Shown here: positions 12,722 to 25,504 of the stretch, one piece after another
How positions within the stretch are numbered: the first letter of the stretch is position 1
Layout: every line of letters begins with the position of its first letter
NCBI GenBank assembly: GCA_964187785.1
Contig: OZ076411.1
Coordinates: forward strand, 43,028,001 to 43,092,000
Direction: 5' to 3'
From: Amphiscolops sp. MND2022
Taxonomy: Eukaryota
DNA: 64,000 bases
Made by a program: the position numbers and the translations under genes
Notes under the pieces: generated by a model
Databases searched by the model: none
What the model saw: the letters and a program-made list of their open reading frames with translations, nothing else
What the model was told of the DNA's origin: nothing

Positions 12722-13822
12722 GTTTCCGTTGAACGGTAACCTTTGGGATCCTTTACTATTTACGAAGATAGATATACCCCCAGCTGTATCAACCAATCAG
12801 AATTACTTCAAATTTTGAATCAAGTAAGGCTGCAGTTGCGGTGAGGGACAACGGGGGAAAGCTGATGTATTCAGAAGTCTAAGAGAACAAGTTTTGGGGT
12901 AACGAAAGATTGGCTGAAAATATTTGATGAAGGTGAAGAGATCTGAATAAGTAACTTCTCAATCTTCATCAAAAAAGTATTTTGCTATAAATTAACACCA
13001 CTGAATTTTAACTTCCCAGGTTTTCGATCTTTGCGAACCAGTGCAGATCTGCAAAATTTTTTTGCAGGGTTCTGCAAAAATCGTTGCACTGAATCTTGAA
13101 GATCTAAACAGATCTGCAAGATCTTTAAAGAAGTGTGCAGAATTTTGTTAAAGATTTTTGCAGAAATATGTTTTTCTGCAGCTTCTAAGGAACCAATATA
13201 CTGCATTTTTGGACATCTTCCACTACTTTATGGAGAATTTTAGCTGAACTAGGGTCAGTCAGTTGAAACTCGAGTTTCAACTGACTGACCCTAGTTCAGC
13301 TAAAATTCTCCATAAAGTAGTGGAAGATGTCCAAAAATGCAGTATATTGGTTCCTTAGAAGCTGCAGAAAAACATATTTCTGCAAAAATCTTTAACAAAA
13401 TTCTGCACACTTCTTTAAAGATCTTGTAGATCTGTTTAGATCTTCAAGATTCAGTGCAACGATTTTTGCAGAACCCTGCAAAAAAAACTTTGCAGATCTG
13501 CACTGGTTCGCAAAGATCGAAAACCTGGGAGGTTAAAATTCAGTGGGGTTAATTTATAGCAAAATACTTTTTTGATGAAGTTTGAGAAGTTTATTATTCA
13601 GATCTCCTAACCTTCATCAAATATTTTCAGCCAATCTTTCGTTACCCCAAAACTTGTTCTCTTAGACTTCTGAATACATCAGCTTTCCCCCGTTTACCCT
13701 CACCGCAACTGCAGCCTTAGTTGATTCAAAATTTGAAGTAATTCTGATTGGTTGATACAGCTGGGGGTATATCTATCTTCGTAAATAGTAAAGGATCCCA
13801 AAGGTTACCGTTCAACGGAAAC
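12722..13822. repeat. Spacer-less ~1.1-kb palindrome (two ~550-bp inverted arms)
   Basis: Centre gaaactc|gagtttc at 13271/13272; outer ends gtttccgttgaacggtaacc and ggttaccgttcaacggaaac; arms near-identical centrally, scattered mismatches outward. Confidence 0.95.
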
Positions 13823-14438
13823 TCTTTTGCCATCACTTTTGGAGATCTCCATCACTCAAAATTCTCGAGAAGGAAAATTTGTCACCAACGGTAATTTTGG
13901 TGACTTGAGAAAGTGCTCTATTGGTTATACTCCGTAATTCATCCATTTCACTGGAACTTTTCAGAAGTTGCGGTTGATCATTGAGAGGCTCGTTTGCCAT
14001 ATTGACTTAGTTTTGGCGGATGAAATTTGACATGTGGCAACCTTCTGGGTTGGTCGATGTGTTGATAAAGTGTTGTTGTTATAATATTTCCGCAACGTAG
14101 TTTGTGGGAGTATTTTTAGTATTTGCTGTTAACTTGGAATACGTTATAGTAATTTATTGGTCATTGTTTGGCTCTGTAAAGATCTGTAATCTCTACAGAT
14201 CTGTACAGATTGCTACAGAAAAATGTTTCTTCATTTTGTCATAAATGAGACTTCTCTCCAGTTTTAAACAGTTTTATTATTGGTTGTCATCGCTGTGGGG
14301 TTTTTATTGTGTTTCTGAGTATGTCAGATTTTTTCGAATCTGCACATATCTGCAAAGATCTGCAGTTCTGCACAAATCTGCAATGATCCACAAAAATTCT
14401 GCAGATCTGCACAGATTCGCAAAGATCGACAACCTGGG
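13015..14438. mobile_element. Non-autonomous DNA element with CCCAGGTT termini (animal CMC/EnSpm-like MITE)
   Basis: 38-bp TIRs cccaggttttcgatctttgcgaaccagtgcagatctgc vs reverse complement of 14401-14438 (3 mismatches); internal GCAGATCTGC / CTGTACAG palindromic repeats. Confidence 0.7.
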
Positions 14439-15298
14439 CTGTTAACGCCACTGAATTTCAACTGAATGGCAAATTTTTTTTTCAAATTGAAGGGAATTCG
14501 GAAATGTGAGCGAAGTAATCGAGCTTCTCTATGGCCACCAAATAAATCTTTAGATTGAGTTTCATTTGCTTTTTATCTTATTGCTTGTCAACAAAAAATG
14601 CCCGTCTCTTACAGTGAGTAACTTTTTTCAGACCACAGACCTCACACTCAAAGGTAATTTTTTTTGAAGAATTTCTCTACCCGTGTTTCCCTCCGATACT
14701 AAAACAGGTCAATCATACTCTGCCATCATACTCACAGTATGATTCCAGGCTGATCATACTATGAACCACAAAGGTTTATGGTTCCAGGTTGACCATACTC
14801 TGGACATATATGATCCAGTCTATGATACGCCATGTTCCATAAAAATGATTTTACACGATATTCCTCAACCAAAGGTCCAATACAATCACCAAATTGAAAA
14901 CAAGGTAGCAATCATCAAATTTTGGCAGCTTTTGCTGAAGTATTGACAATTTTTTCTCGAAATAATCGAGAATCATACTGCAAAGTGGGTACTGCTATAA
15001 CAAAAGAGTTAGTTATTAACTATGGAGTGGCTGAGAACAAATTGAGTTACTAAAGTTTGTCTTTAACTCCGCTTAGAGCTTAACGCAGTTCTGACCTGCA
15101 ATGTATCGTTCGCAGATACAAAAGGTCGAATGTGGCTCCATTGTCTTCAGCCTATAAAGCTGGCTGTTCTCAATATTTGAAAACTTTTGTTTGGGTTGCA
15201 TGTCACGTCAACACACGTTTGGAACAAAAATTCATGATTCCAGGCTGACCATACTCTGGACCATATATGATTCCAGGCCGATCATACTCTGGACCATA

Positions 15299-15521
15299 TG
15301 TTGAGGCTCAAATATTCTGTCAATGGAGCAATTCCGCGTGAAAGAATAAAGACATGTGAAAAACAATTTGATACTTTACTTAGACTTGTTCACGTCTTTT
15401 CATTGTTGCTCTTTTCAAATTTCTGATCAAATCACACTCCTCAGAACTCATTGAAAACAATTCGCTCTCAATGATGAAATAAATTTTCTTTTGTAAACGG
15501 CTTTTCAACAAAGTCTACAAC
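15299..15521 (+). repeat. 5' LTR of BEL element 2
   Basis: TGTTGAGG...CTACAAC; differs from the 3' LTR at 5 positions of 224 (including the terminal base). Confidence 0.95.
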
Positions 15522-15527
15522 TTTTAT

Positions 15528-15547
15528 TGGTGCGATACGACCCGGGA
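15528..15547 (+). promoter_or_regulatory. Primer-binding site (tRNA-Gly-like, tentative)
   Basis: TGG start 6 nt after the LTR; reverse complement TCCCGGGTCGTATCGCACCA resembles the 3' end of invertebrate tRNA-Gly(GCC) (TCCCGGTCGATGCACCA) imperfectly. Confidence 0.5.
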
Positions 15548-15581
15548 AACAGCAGATACCGGACCAAACAATTCAGTCAAC

Positions 15582-18500
15582 ATGTCGCTTGATGCGAAAT
15601 TATTGGAACAATTGCGCCTTTCAAGATCTTGGGAATCATTACAAAGAATTCGATAAAAATCAATCCCATTGCAGGGAAAGATGCAATCGATGTAACACCC
15701 GAAGATATTAGATCTTTGAAAAGCATTCGGACAATGCTACAATCAAAACTCACGCTAGTGGAGGAACTGAGCGAAGCTATTTCCGATAAAATCAATCCAG
15801 ACGACTCAATGGATGATGAAAACGAGATTCATTACGACATTGAGATGAAAATCCGAGGGCAACTTGAAAAAATTGAAGAAATCTTGGATAGGCTAGCCGT
15901 CAAAGAGCCTGCTGAGACACCCTCTCATTCAACAAACAAAACGACAGGTTTGAAAATGCCTAAATTTGACCTTCCGAAATTCACTGGAAAATATAAAGAC
16001 TGGGTGCCTTTTTATGACCAGTTCATATCTGCCGTGGATAGAAACGATAGTATTTCAGACATACAGAAACTGCATTACTTGAAAGCATCTTTGCAAGACG
16101 AAGCCGCAGTAATTCTCTCGCATTTACCCTTAACAGCCTCAAATTATAGAATCGGATTGAAATTGTTGGAGGACCAATATTCCAACAAACGGCTAATTCT
16201 GAAGTCATATATGGATGCAATCCTGCAAGCTCCGCCTCTCCGTATTGAATCATCAGAAGGATTGCGGAGATTACAGCTAACTCTTGATGAAAATTTGATG
16301 GCAATGGAAGCCATGAGTATTAACACCAAGGTCAATTGGTTTTTCTGGGTTCATATTGTGTCTGAGAAATTGGACCCAGAAAGCAGATGACAGTGGGAGC
16401 TAGATAGTGCTGGTGATGATGTCAGAAAAATCGATGATTTGCGGAAATTCATCATCGAACGCGCCAGAGCTCTAGAGGCGTCTGAGAAAAATAAACTACA
16501 TTCGCCACGATATGAAAAACAATTCCAGACGTCGTCATACAAGCAACAAACGGTCCAGAGTTATAACGCAACATCAGTTCATTGTCCCTTTTGTTCAGAC
16601 CAACACAGAGTCTTTCAGTGCGATCGATTCAAGAAAATGTCACTCACAGAGAGACGTAATCTAGCTTATAGCTCGAAATTGTGCTTCAATTGCCTTGGAG
16701 ATGGACACATGACACGAGATTGCAGTTCAAAACCCACATGCAAAAAATGCCAGAAAAACACAATACTCTATTGCAACCAGAAATGGTCGATACAAGGAAA
16801 ACAGTACCAATCAATCAGAATACAGCTTTGCATCAATCAACATCGCAATTCGACACAGTGGTTCTTCCGACTGCAATAATTCCAGTTATAGCATCTGATG
16901 GTTCCATTTCGAAATGTCGTGCTCTGCTTGATAGTAGTGCTCAATTGAGTATGATGACTGAAGATTGCGCACAACGACTCCATTTGAAACGCACACCAGC
17001 TTCTATGCGATTAAACGGAATCGTTAGTTCCCAGAACATTTCTTCTTCGTTAGTGATTTTCAAAATTCAAACACCCTGCGTTCCAATTTTTGAGGTGAAG
17101 GCTCTTGTAAGGCCAAACCTATCCCAATTTCTTCCAACTCATTCCTTCAAAGTGAAAGGTTGTTTCCAATTAAGGTCAATCAATCTCGCTGATCCCGAGT
17201 TCATGAAATCTAGACAAACTGATTTAATTTTGGGATCCGATGTCTATGAACACGTGGTTTTTGGACGGAAAATTGCAGGAAGACAACGGCCTCCATTTGC
17301 GAAATACAATTTTCGGGTGGGTGGTCTCTGGAAAACTTTTAGAACAAACTAATCAAGTTCATACAGTAACTGTTCTGAAAACAGACATTGACTTGAAACG
17401 TTTCTGGGAGCTGGAGGAAGTTCAGCTGCCTCAAAAAATGACAGAAGAAGAAACTCAATGCGAGCAGCAATTCATCGATACGACAAAACAAGCTGAAGAT
17501 GAAAGCTTTATCTTGAAATTACCATTCAAGCAACCGCAGAGAGCATTGAGCGACAGTTTTGTTCAAGCAAAACGCCGATTCTTGTCACTAGAACGTCGAC
17601 TGACAGCAAATCCTCAACTACATGAGAAATACCGAGCTTTCGTAAAAGAATTCATGGACTTGGGTCACCTGGAAGAAATTCCAGCAGACGAAGTTGATAA
17701 GCCATCTTGTGAAACTTATTACTTGCCTCACCACTGTGTATTCAAAGAAGACTCGACAACGACAAAGCTCAGAGTGGTCTTTGACGGATCTGCAAAAACC
17801 AGCAATGGACAATCTCTGAATGAAACTCTGATGGTAGGCGCCAAACTTCCGCCAGATTTGTACTCTACTCTCTTGCGTTTCCGATTTCACAAGATAGCAT
17901 TCTCTGGTGATATCGCAAAATGTATCGCCAAATTGCTTTGGACAGGGATGATAAAGACTATCATCGCATCCTTTGGCGCGATAATCCACAGGAACCCATA
18001 AAACGCTTGAGAATGACTCGAGTGACGTATGGGATTGCGTCTTCCTCATTTCATTCCATAAGAAGTCTCCAAGAAACAGCAAACAGACTTTCGGACGATT
18101 CGCTCAAGAGAGCAATTTTGCATGATTTTTACGTCGATGATTATCTTGGTGGAGCAGCGGACAATTATTCTGCCCGAAAGCTTGTTTTCACCTTGATTCA
18201 GGAACTGAAAAGATTTGGATTTGAATTGCGCAAGTGGACCAACAGCGACTCTGCTATCACGCTCTCCCTACCTGACAATTTACGAGATACAGCAGAAAGT
18301 TCCAAAATACTGGACAAAGAAAATCACATCAAAATTCTTGGAGTTCGTTGGAACCCAAATCCTGACACATTCACTTTCAAGGTAAATCTTGACGATATCA
18401 GAACACATACAAAAAGGGCACTTCTTTCAGACATTTCTATAAATTATTTGATCCTAATGGATGGTTGGGACCAATCATCATTAAATACAAATGCCTTCTT

Positions 18501-20713
18501 CAAAAAATCTGGCAATTGGGACTTGAGTGGGATACTTTATTGCCAAACGAAATCACAGGAGAATGGTTGTCATCACGTGGCAGTCTCAAACAGTTAGAGA
18601 ATCATCAGATTCCTCGCTGTGTTCTGCCAGATTAAAAGTTTGAAAACTTCTAGTTGCATATTTTCACTGATGCCAGTGAGAAAGCGTATGCTGCGACTGT
18701 GTACAGTCGTTTTCAATCATCAGATGGATCGATTTCAGTTCAACTTCTAGTTGCGAAAACACGTGTAGCGCCTGTCAAGGTAGTCAGTTTGCCTCGGTTG
18801 GAGTTGTGCGGTGCACAATTGGGAACTCGGCTTATCAAGGCAGTCGTTGAATCACTACATTCTCTGACCATTACGATTGATTCAGTTCACGCTTGGACCG
18901 ATTCAACAATTGTATTGCAATGGCTCAATCAACTTCCACGAACTTGGGCAACGTTTGTCGCAAATCGAGTTTCGGAAATTCAGGACTTTCTCCCAAGGAA
19001 CAAGTGGAACCACGTGCCCTCTCAAAACAATCCTGCTGACTTGTCATCTCGCGAAGCAGATGTCAGAGATCTTTTGCAATCTAAACTTTGGTGGAATGGA
19101 CCGGACTTCTTGAATTCTTCAGAAGCAGAATGGCCACTACAGCCCCAATTATCAAGCACTCCACCTGAGAGTCGGTTCAAACAGTCTGTTGAGGCCAATT
19201 GTGCGTCAAACTTGAGTACATCCACATAGTCAACAGAATTATGGGATACAGAGCGTTTCGCCAGCTTTACAAAATTACTCCGGGTAATTGCTTTCGTGCA
19301 AATATCCATACAATTAATGAAACGGCAAGATCGTTCGAAGCACATATCAGCAACAGATCTGGAAATTGCAACGAAATATGTTATACGAAGTCATCAAAGG
19401 TTCTTTTTTTTCGCAAGAAATGAATGCTTTAGAAACGGGATTGAGTTTGAAAAGGGATAGTGTTTTGCTCAACCTGTCGTCCTTCTACGACACTGAAACC
19501 GGAACGATCAGAGTAGGTGGTCGTTTGGCACAGGGACAGTTTAAAGACTCCAAAAAGTTTCCATATTTGATAAGCAAGGCGTCCACTCTAGCTGTCCTGA
19601 TTTTGAGGCATTATCATGAAGCGACTCTTCATGGCGGCGGGCTGCTTACGCTCAACACGAGTCGTGAAGAATTCTGGATACTAAATGGCAAAGATACAAC
19701 GAGAAGAGTTATCAAGGATTGTGTTATTTGCAGCAGATTCGAAAACAAACCTCCGATGCAAATGATGGCGAACCTGCCAATGGAACGAATTACAGTTGCA
19801 AAACCTTTCCAAACAGTAGGACTAGATTTAGCAGGACCAATATTCACCAAACCAAAGGTAAAAACATACATTGCAGTTTTTGTATGTTTTGTAATCAAAG
19901 CAGTACATATTGAACTTGTAGAAAATTTGACCAAGGAAGCTTGCATGTCAGCCATAAAACGATTTACTGCCCGACGAGGATTGCCACAAAAGCTTTTCAG
20001 TGACAACGGACGAAATTTTATTGGAACAAGTAATGACATGATACGACTACAGGAAATAATAAACAAAGACTGCAATGAAAAATCAAATGGCAATTTCGTT
20101 TCGCAACTAGGAATAGAATGGCTGACCATTCCTCCTAGAGCACCGCACTTTGGAGGCCTATGGGAAGCTGCTATTAAAAGCATGAAACGCCATCTGCGAC
20201 GAAAAGTTGGATTGCATGTTCTTTCGTTTGAAGAACTTAAAACCGTTGTGATACAAATCGAATCAATTCTAACTTCCAGATCATTGGCAGCAATGTCCAA
20301 TGATCCCAACGATCTGCAGCCTATAACCCCAGCACACTTTCTACTAAGAAGACCAGCCAATGACATCCCTTCGGGCAATTGACAACATGGATGAAAATAT
20401 CTCGTTGACTCAGAGATTCAAACTGTTAGAACGAATCAAAAGATCTTTTTGGAAGTCCTGGTACAGAGACTATCTGGTAATACTCCAAGTACGAAAAAAA
20501 TGGCTTGCTTCGGGACCATCTTTTGCGGAAGGCGATTTAGTGGTGATTGCTGAAGATGATATTCCACCTCTTAGAAGGCAAATGGCTCGAATTGAGAAAT
20601 TGTATACAGGAAATGATGATATTAGCCGAGTTGTGAAGTTGAAAACATCAAACGGAAATTTGATTAGACCTGTAGTAAAAATCAAAAGACTCCCCATTCA
20701 AAATCCCAACTAG
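15582..20713 (+). pseudogene. BEL/Pao gag-pol polyprotein with about 8-9 stops/frameshifts
   Basis: MPKFDLPKFTGKYKDW gag, three Cys/His knuckles (CPFCSDQHRVFQC, CFNCLGDGHMTRDC, CKKC), protease ALLDSSAQ, RT HHCVFKEDSTTTKLRVVFDGS and YVDDYLGG, RNase H IFTDASEKAYA, integrase GLDLAGP / FSDNG / GGLWEAAIKSMK. Confidence 0.95.
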
Positions 20714-21292
20714 TCATCAGCTTTAGTAACCCTCGCTGACATAAATAGTTGAGTGAAGAAATGCCTGAACTCCAATTCTTCAATTTTTTTTTCGATTTTT
20801 TCTAAATTCAAAACCTCATAAATCAACATTAAAGACGAATTTCGAAAATCCGGGATGTACAGATCTCCGCAAGAGTCTCTTGAATGCAATGATACCCCTC
20901 ACATCTCTGACGGACTGCTCATCTCCGATGGAGTTGATTTTGAATGAAATATACCCTGAATTTTATATCACAGAATCTCATCAAATTTTGAAAACCTTTC
21001 AAAAAAGTATCACTCGAGGAAGTTTGGATTACTCATCAAAAGCAGCTTCAAATGACTCGAATGCTTCATAGTATTATCCTTTCATTGATTCCATTTCTTG
21101 TTTATCATTGACTCATATTCATTTGCTACTGCTGATAGTGACTTACATACTTGACTTCTCCATTCATCAAATATTCCTTGCAGTGATTGTTTTCAGCTTT
21201 TATTAGTTATCATCCACTAACCAAGCTTCAAACTTTTACATCACATGGACTCTCGCAATTATTGAAGCTGCTGGCTTCAAGGAGGCCGGAAA

Positions 21293-21516
21293 TGTTGAGG
21301 CTCAAATATTCTGTCAATGGAGCAATTCCGCGTGAAAGAATAAAGACATGTGAAAAACAATTTGATACTTTACTTAGACTTTTTCACGTCTTTTCATTGT
21401 TGCTCTTTTCAAATTTCTGATCAAATCACACTCCTCAGAACTCATTGAAAACAATTCGATCTCAATAATAAAATAAATTTTCTTTTGTAAACGGCTTTTC
21501 AACAAAGTCTACAACA
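21293..21516 (+). repeat. 3' LTR of BEL element 2
   Basis: TG...CA, directly after the PPT and directly before the CCATA TSD. Confidence 0.95.
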
Positions 21517-22339
21517 CCATACATGATTCCAGGCCGATCATACTCTGGACCATATATGATTCCAGGCCGATCATGGCAAGATCATAGTGAAGAAATTTGG
21601 TTGATTTGTATGGTGCCATCATATGGTCAGATTATGGTCGGCCTGGTCAGGAAACCCGGGTAGGCCTTCCTACTTTACAAGGTCCCCTATTCTGGTATTT
21701 TCATTTTCAGCAACTAACTGAATGAGACGAAAAATCCAAAGTGTCCATTTCTTGCGTTTTTCGGCACTGTGAGACTTCTTTTGGGAGTGCCTTTGTGATG
21801 ACATCATATTCGTTGCACGGCTTGGCGCAATTGATCAAGTCTTCTTTGTCGAAACCTTCTTCTATGTCAGTGAATTTTTCAGTTGGCTGTTCGCAATAAT
21901 ATTCCAGTTTATGAACATTGTATTGAGCTTTTTTAAAGGATAAGGACATCCGTTTGTGTTTTTTAAAGATTTTATGAATAATTGTTTGTCAGTAGCGTAC
22001 GTTTGCGACTGGTATGGCCTTATGTAATGACTGTGGTCTTAGAGCGGAAGGACGTCCCATGTTGAGCACTACCTGTAAAACTGTACAGATCTGTACAGAT
22101 CCTGACAGATTTTCTAGGATTTGTCAAAAATTAACTAGTGATAAATACGGTTTCAAAATTGAAACTAGTTGAATAAAAAGCGCTCTACATAATGAACACC
22201 TTTCTTAGTTGAAGTTTTTGTCGAAATCTGTACCGATCTGTACAGATCCTGATAGATATTCCAGGATTTGTCCAAAATTCACAATACGAAATTGACCAAT
22301 AAATTCTCATAAGGTGTTCTAAGTTTCCAGCAATTACTA

Positions 22340-23647
22340 CATCTTTTCAAAGCCTATTCAAGCATTAGTGACTTCAATTGAAACATATGTGTGATCTATT
22401 GAAACATTACCGGAAATGAAAATTTGATCACGTTTGGATACGCGTTCGTATGTTCAATTGAAACATTGAAAAACCTATTGAAACACCTTGCAAAATGTCC
22501 TGCTGTCAAGCTGTTGCTAGCATAGATAAGCGACGTATTCTTGAAATCCATTCAAATGGTGGATATTTTCTTACATTAGCTCAGAGTTTGGGGATCAAAA
22601 GGACTACGTCCTATCAATCGTGCGACGCGGGAGAGAAGAAAACCTGCCGAAGGGTGGTTCTCATAACAGAAAAATTGATGACGAATTACTTCAGCATGCT
22701 GTAGACATTCTAGAGGGCAACCCAATGTTGACTTTGAAACAGCTCAATCACGCTATAAGAGATAAATTACCGAGCAGGCCTCAATTCATGAGCCCCGCTA
22801 TCATTAACATGCGCAAAAGTTTTGTTGACGAGTTCGAAATAAATGTGCACTTGCGCCGAACTCAAGGGCGATCAGCACCAGGCGATAGAGTGTACAGAAA
22901 AGTAGGAAGTCAGAAGGGTCCCAATGTGACTGTTTGTTGCGCAGTATCGCCTGATGGAGGCTTACTACATTATCAAGTTGTCCAAGGCGGAATAAAAAAA
23001 ATATTTGCCTAATTTTTTTCAAGTGTTATGTGGGAACCTGATGCTCAATGAAGGCCCTGATGTAGATGGTGTCTGTATCTTTGATAACGCCCCAGGGCAT
23101 GCAAGAATTGAAGCAATGGATCTCAATGGATTTTTTCAGCTCCGCCGACTCCCTAAGTACTGCCCCTTTCTCACAATGGGTGAGGTTGCGATTTCTAGTT
23201 GGAAAGCTGCCATGAAAAGAATTATGCAAGAAGAAATGATCACATTTATCAATGCTGACCGATTGAGAGCGCCAGGAGTTACGCTGCAGCAATATCAATC
23301 TGATCACTTGAAGTCTATCGCGGACCCATCAAATGGCCACATAACACCCCTAAAGTGTCGTGGCTGGTATAACCATACAATGACGTATATTCCAGACTGC
23401 CTTGCTATGAAACCTATTGATGGTTAAATATGTTATCCGCTTTATCAAGTTTATCTGTTTTCTCTTTCTTTATTTATTTGTGGCCATTTGTGTATAAATG
23501 TTTCAATAGAAATTCGTTTGTTTCAATGGAACTCACTTTGGGAAAATTTGTTTCAATAGAACTTACTTTGGCTTTACTGTTTCAAAAGGAGTTGTTACTT
23601 TTGTTTCAGACGAGCTCATTTTTGTCTCAATAGGCGTTGAAAATGTG
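22340..23647 (+). mobile_element. IS630/Tc1-mariner superfamily DNA transposon, degenerate
   Basis: TA flanks (22338-39, 23648-49); imperfect ~20-bp TIRs catcttttcaaagcctatt / cacattttcaacgcctatt; subterminal ATTGAAAC repeats; transposase remnants inside. Confidence 0.8.
22495..23427 (+). pseudogene. DDE transposase (DDE_3-like), frameshifted and internally deleted
   Basis: HTH-like N-terminus, FVDEFEINVHLRRTQGRS, NVTVCCAVS, IFDNAPGH, LPKYCPFLTMGEVA (cf. LPPYSPFLNPIE). Confidence 0.85.
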
Positions 23648-24554
23648 TAAAACTACTCCAGCAAACCCTGTTCCCGAAAAATTACAACCACAGCATTTTT
23701 TCAACACATCTACCAATCCAGACCGTCGCCACATGTCTAACATCATCCGCCAAAACGAAGTCAATGTGGCAAAGAGTCTCTAAAAGTTGAAAAACCACTT
23801 CTGGAAAGTTCAAGCGAATGGATGAATTAGCGTGTATAACCAATACCGAACGTTCCCCAGACACCAAAGATACCGTGTTGGGGACAAGGTTTCTCACTCA
23901 AGAATTTGTGAATAATGGAGCCAACTGACAGAGCCTTGGTCAGTTAAAATACCTGTTGAAGAACCCCAAAACTGTAATATATTGTTTCCCAGAAGCGCCG
24001 GAAAAAACCTGAGAAATCTGTACAGAAAATATTTGACCATCTGTAAAGATCCTTGCAGGTCTGCAGTTGTCCTTATGTAGCAGTGGCAAGATCTTCACAG
24101 ATCCTCAAGGAAAAAACGCTCACAGATCTGTACAGATTCTGAAGGAAAGCTCAACATGGGTTATCTAATTTTATGTTCAGTTTTATCTCAGTAGCTTTAG
24201 TTTCCTCTTTGATGCTTTCTTTGGGTCACTCATAATTTCAGTTGAAATTGAAAGGCTGAAGGCTCTCAATGCTTTATTTTTTCTGAAGTAGAAAATGAAG
24301 AGTGAATGTTTAAGACAGTAGTTCAGTTATAAGTTTTACAATAATTGAGCTAGCTATATTAAAACGCGAAAAGTTTTGAGTGGCTATATTGTTATCCGAA
24401 GAGTCACTCGAGGTCTGTTACTGCTTGCCTTTCTCATTGATCAATAAAAATGCAAATTATGCAAACTTTTGTCAAAATTTCATTGATATATTGACATAAA
24501 ATGTAACCGTATGCAAGACACATGTTGTATTGTATTGTCTGGCATCATAAAACA

Positions 24555-24840
24555 CCAGTATTTTGTCGGATAACCCTGATTTTTGCTCATGTCTGCAATT
24601 CGATCAGGCATGCTACGATCGAGGTCTCAGCAGAATTCTTGCCCAATTTCATATACCCAGATACTTTTAAGCACCTCTTTAACGCTGATGTCCAGGAGGG
24701 GCAATGTGCCGACACTTTTTGCTTCATAAAGTTCCAGCAAGTTTCAATCACATTCAGTCCAGGAGAGTTGGAAGGCCATGTAGGAATTCATTTGACCATA
24801 TGTGTACTCAGAGGTGTCTGCCTTTCTTCCCATTGTCAAC
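24555..24840 (-). pseudogene. Tc1 transposase C-terminal fragment
   Basis: Manual translation WPSNSPGLNVIETCWNFMKQKV...SMPDRIADMSKNQGYPTKY matches the Tc1 WPxxSPDLNPIE...SMPxR...GxxTKY pattern. Confidence 0.85.
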
Positions 24841-24979
24841 TGATTTAAAGCAAACAAAAATAAAGCAAATAAACAATTGTCAAAGCAAATAAAACCTCTT
24901 TGGAGTAATGTTATGTCTCAAAATAGTTCCGATGGAGTTACTTTATCAAATTCACAGTTTTTCTCTGCAAGATCCTTGT

Positions 24980-25504
24980 CTAGACATCTTCTGCCGATTC
25001 ATTTGGTTCCCTTGTTATTCCAAAGAAATCGGCCCGACTATGGAATTTATTTCTTTCAGGTATGAAATGGAGTCGAAACGAAGCATACAACTGACTGATA
25101 TTCATCTTATTTCGGTCATTGTCTATTACTGTTATTGTCATCTCCGTCACTGCAGCTTCTCCCAATGCCCAGATGAATATATCTTTGATTTTTATCTCCA
25201 GTTCTTCTCGAAATTCAGGTAAAACTTCTTTATCAGTTGTCATATTGTTTAAGTCGATATCTTGAGTCATCTTTACGTACTGTATGAATCTTCTCCACCA
25301 TAGTTTCGCTTCTTGTATGATCTTCTTTTCGAATATGGGTAGTGTAATCTTTTGGTGGGGTTTTGTTCTACCCTTTCTCTCAGATTCTTCACTGCAAGAA
25401 TTTGGTCCCGTCGCCTCGTTGGTAATATTTTTTTGACTACTTGAAGTCTTTCTGACTGCGCCATGTCGTAACTTCGAAGATAACAAAATAGTATAACAGG
25501 TCAA
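24980..25504 (-). pseudogene. Truncated Gypsy-type gag fragment
   Basis: 174-aa ORF ending RLHFIPERNKFHSRADFFGITREPNESAEDV, typical retrotransposon capsid-like motif; no downstream pol. Confidence 0.6.

Larger units (their letters stand above)
15299..21516 (+). mobile_element. Full-length BEL/Pao LTR retrotransposon (element 2, 6.2 kb)
   Basis: Paired LTRs, 5-bp TSD CCATA (15294-15298 and 21517-21521), PBS-like TGGTGCGATACGACCCGGGA at 15528, PPT AAGGAGGCCGGAAA at 21279-21292, complete gag-PR-RT-RH-INT order. Confidence 0.97.
14680..21660. mobile_element. CCC-terminal MITE (TA-flanked) that hosts BEL element 2
   Basis: TA|CCCGTGTTTCC at 14678-14690 and GGAAACCCGGG|TA at 21650-21662; ~33-bp internal repeats gattccaggccgatcatactctggaccatatat on both sides of the BEL insertion and an inverted copy near 21620-21648. 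Confidence 0.7.
22056..24160. mobile_element. CCC-terminal MITE (CCCATGTTGAGC TIR) hosting an IS630/Tc1 element
   Basis: Perfect 12-bp TIR at 22056-22067 and 24149-24160; subterminal CTGTACAGATCTGTACAGATC repeats at both ends. Confidence 0.7.

Noticed and set aside
4460-14592. TGTTGACAAGC segments at 4503 and 14592 as the LTR pair of BEL element 1
   Set aside because: Similarity covers only ~45 bp at roughly 75%, a third copy sits at ~7426, and no PBS or TSD was found.
19629-20378. 249-aa minus-strand ORF
   Set aside because: Antisense shadow of the BEL integrase ORF with no independent motif.
14700-21600. 33-bp repeats (and the 43-bp and 106-bp repeats elsewhere) as CRISPR-like arrays
   Set aside because: Repeats are contiguous without unique spacers, lie inside transposons, no cas genes, eukaryotic intron-containing context.
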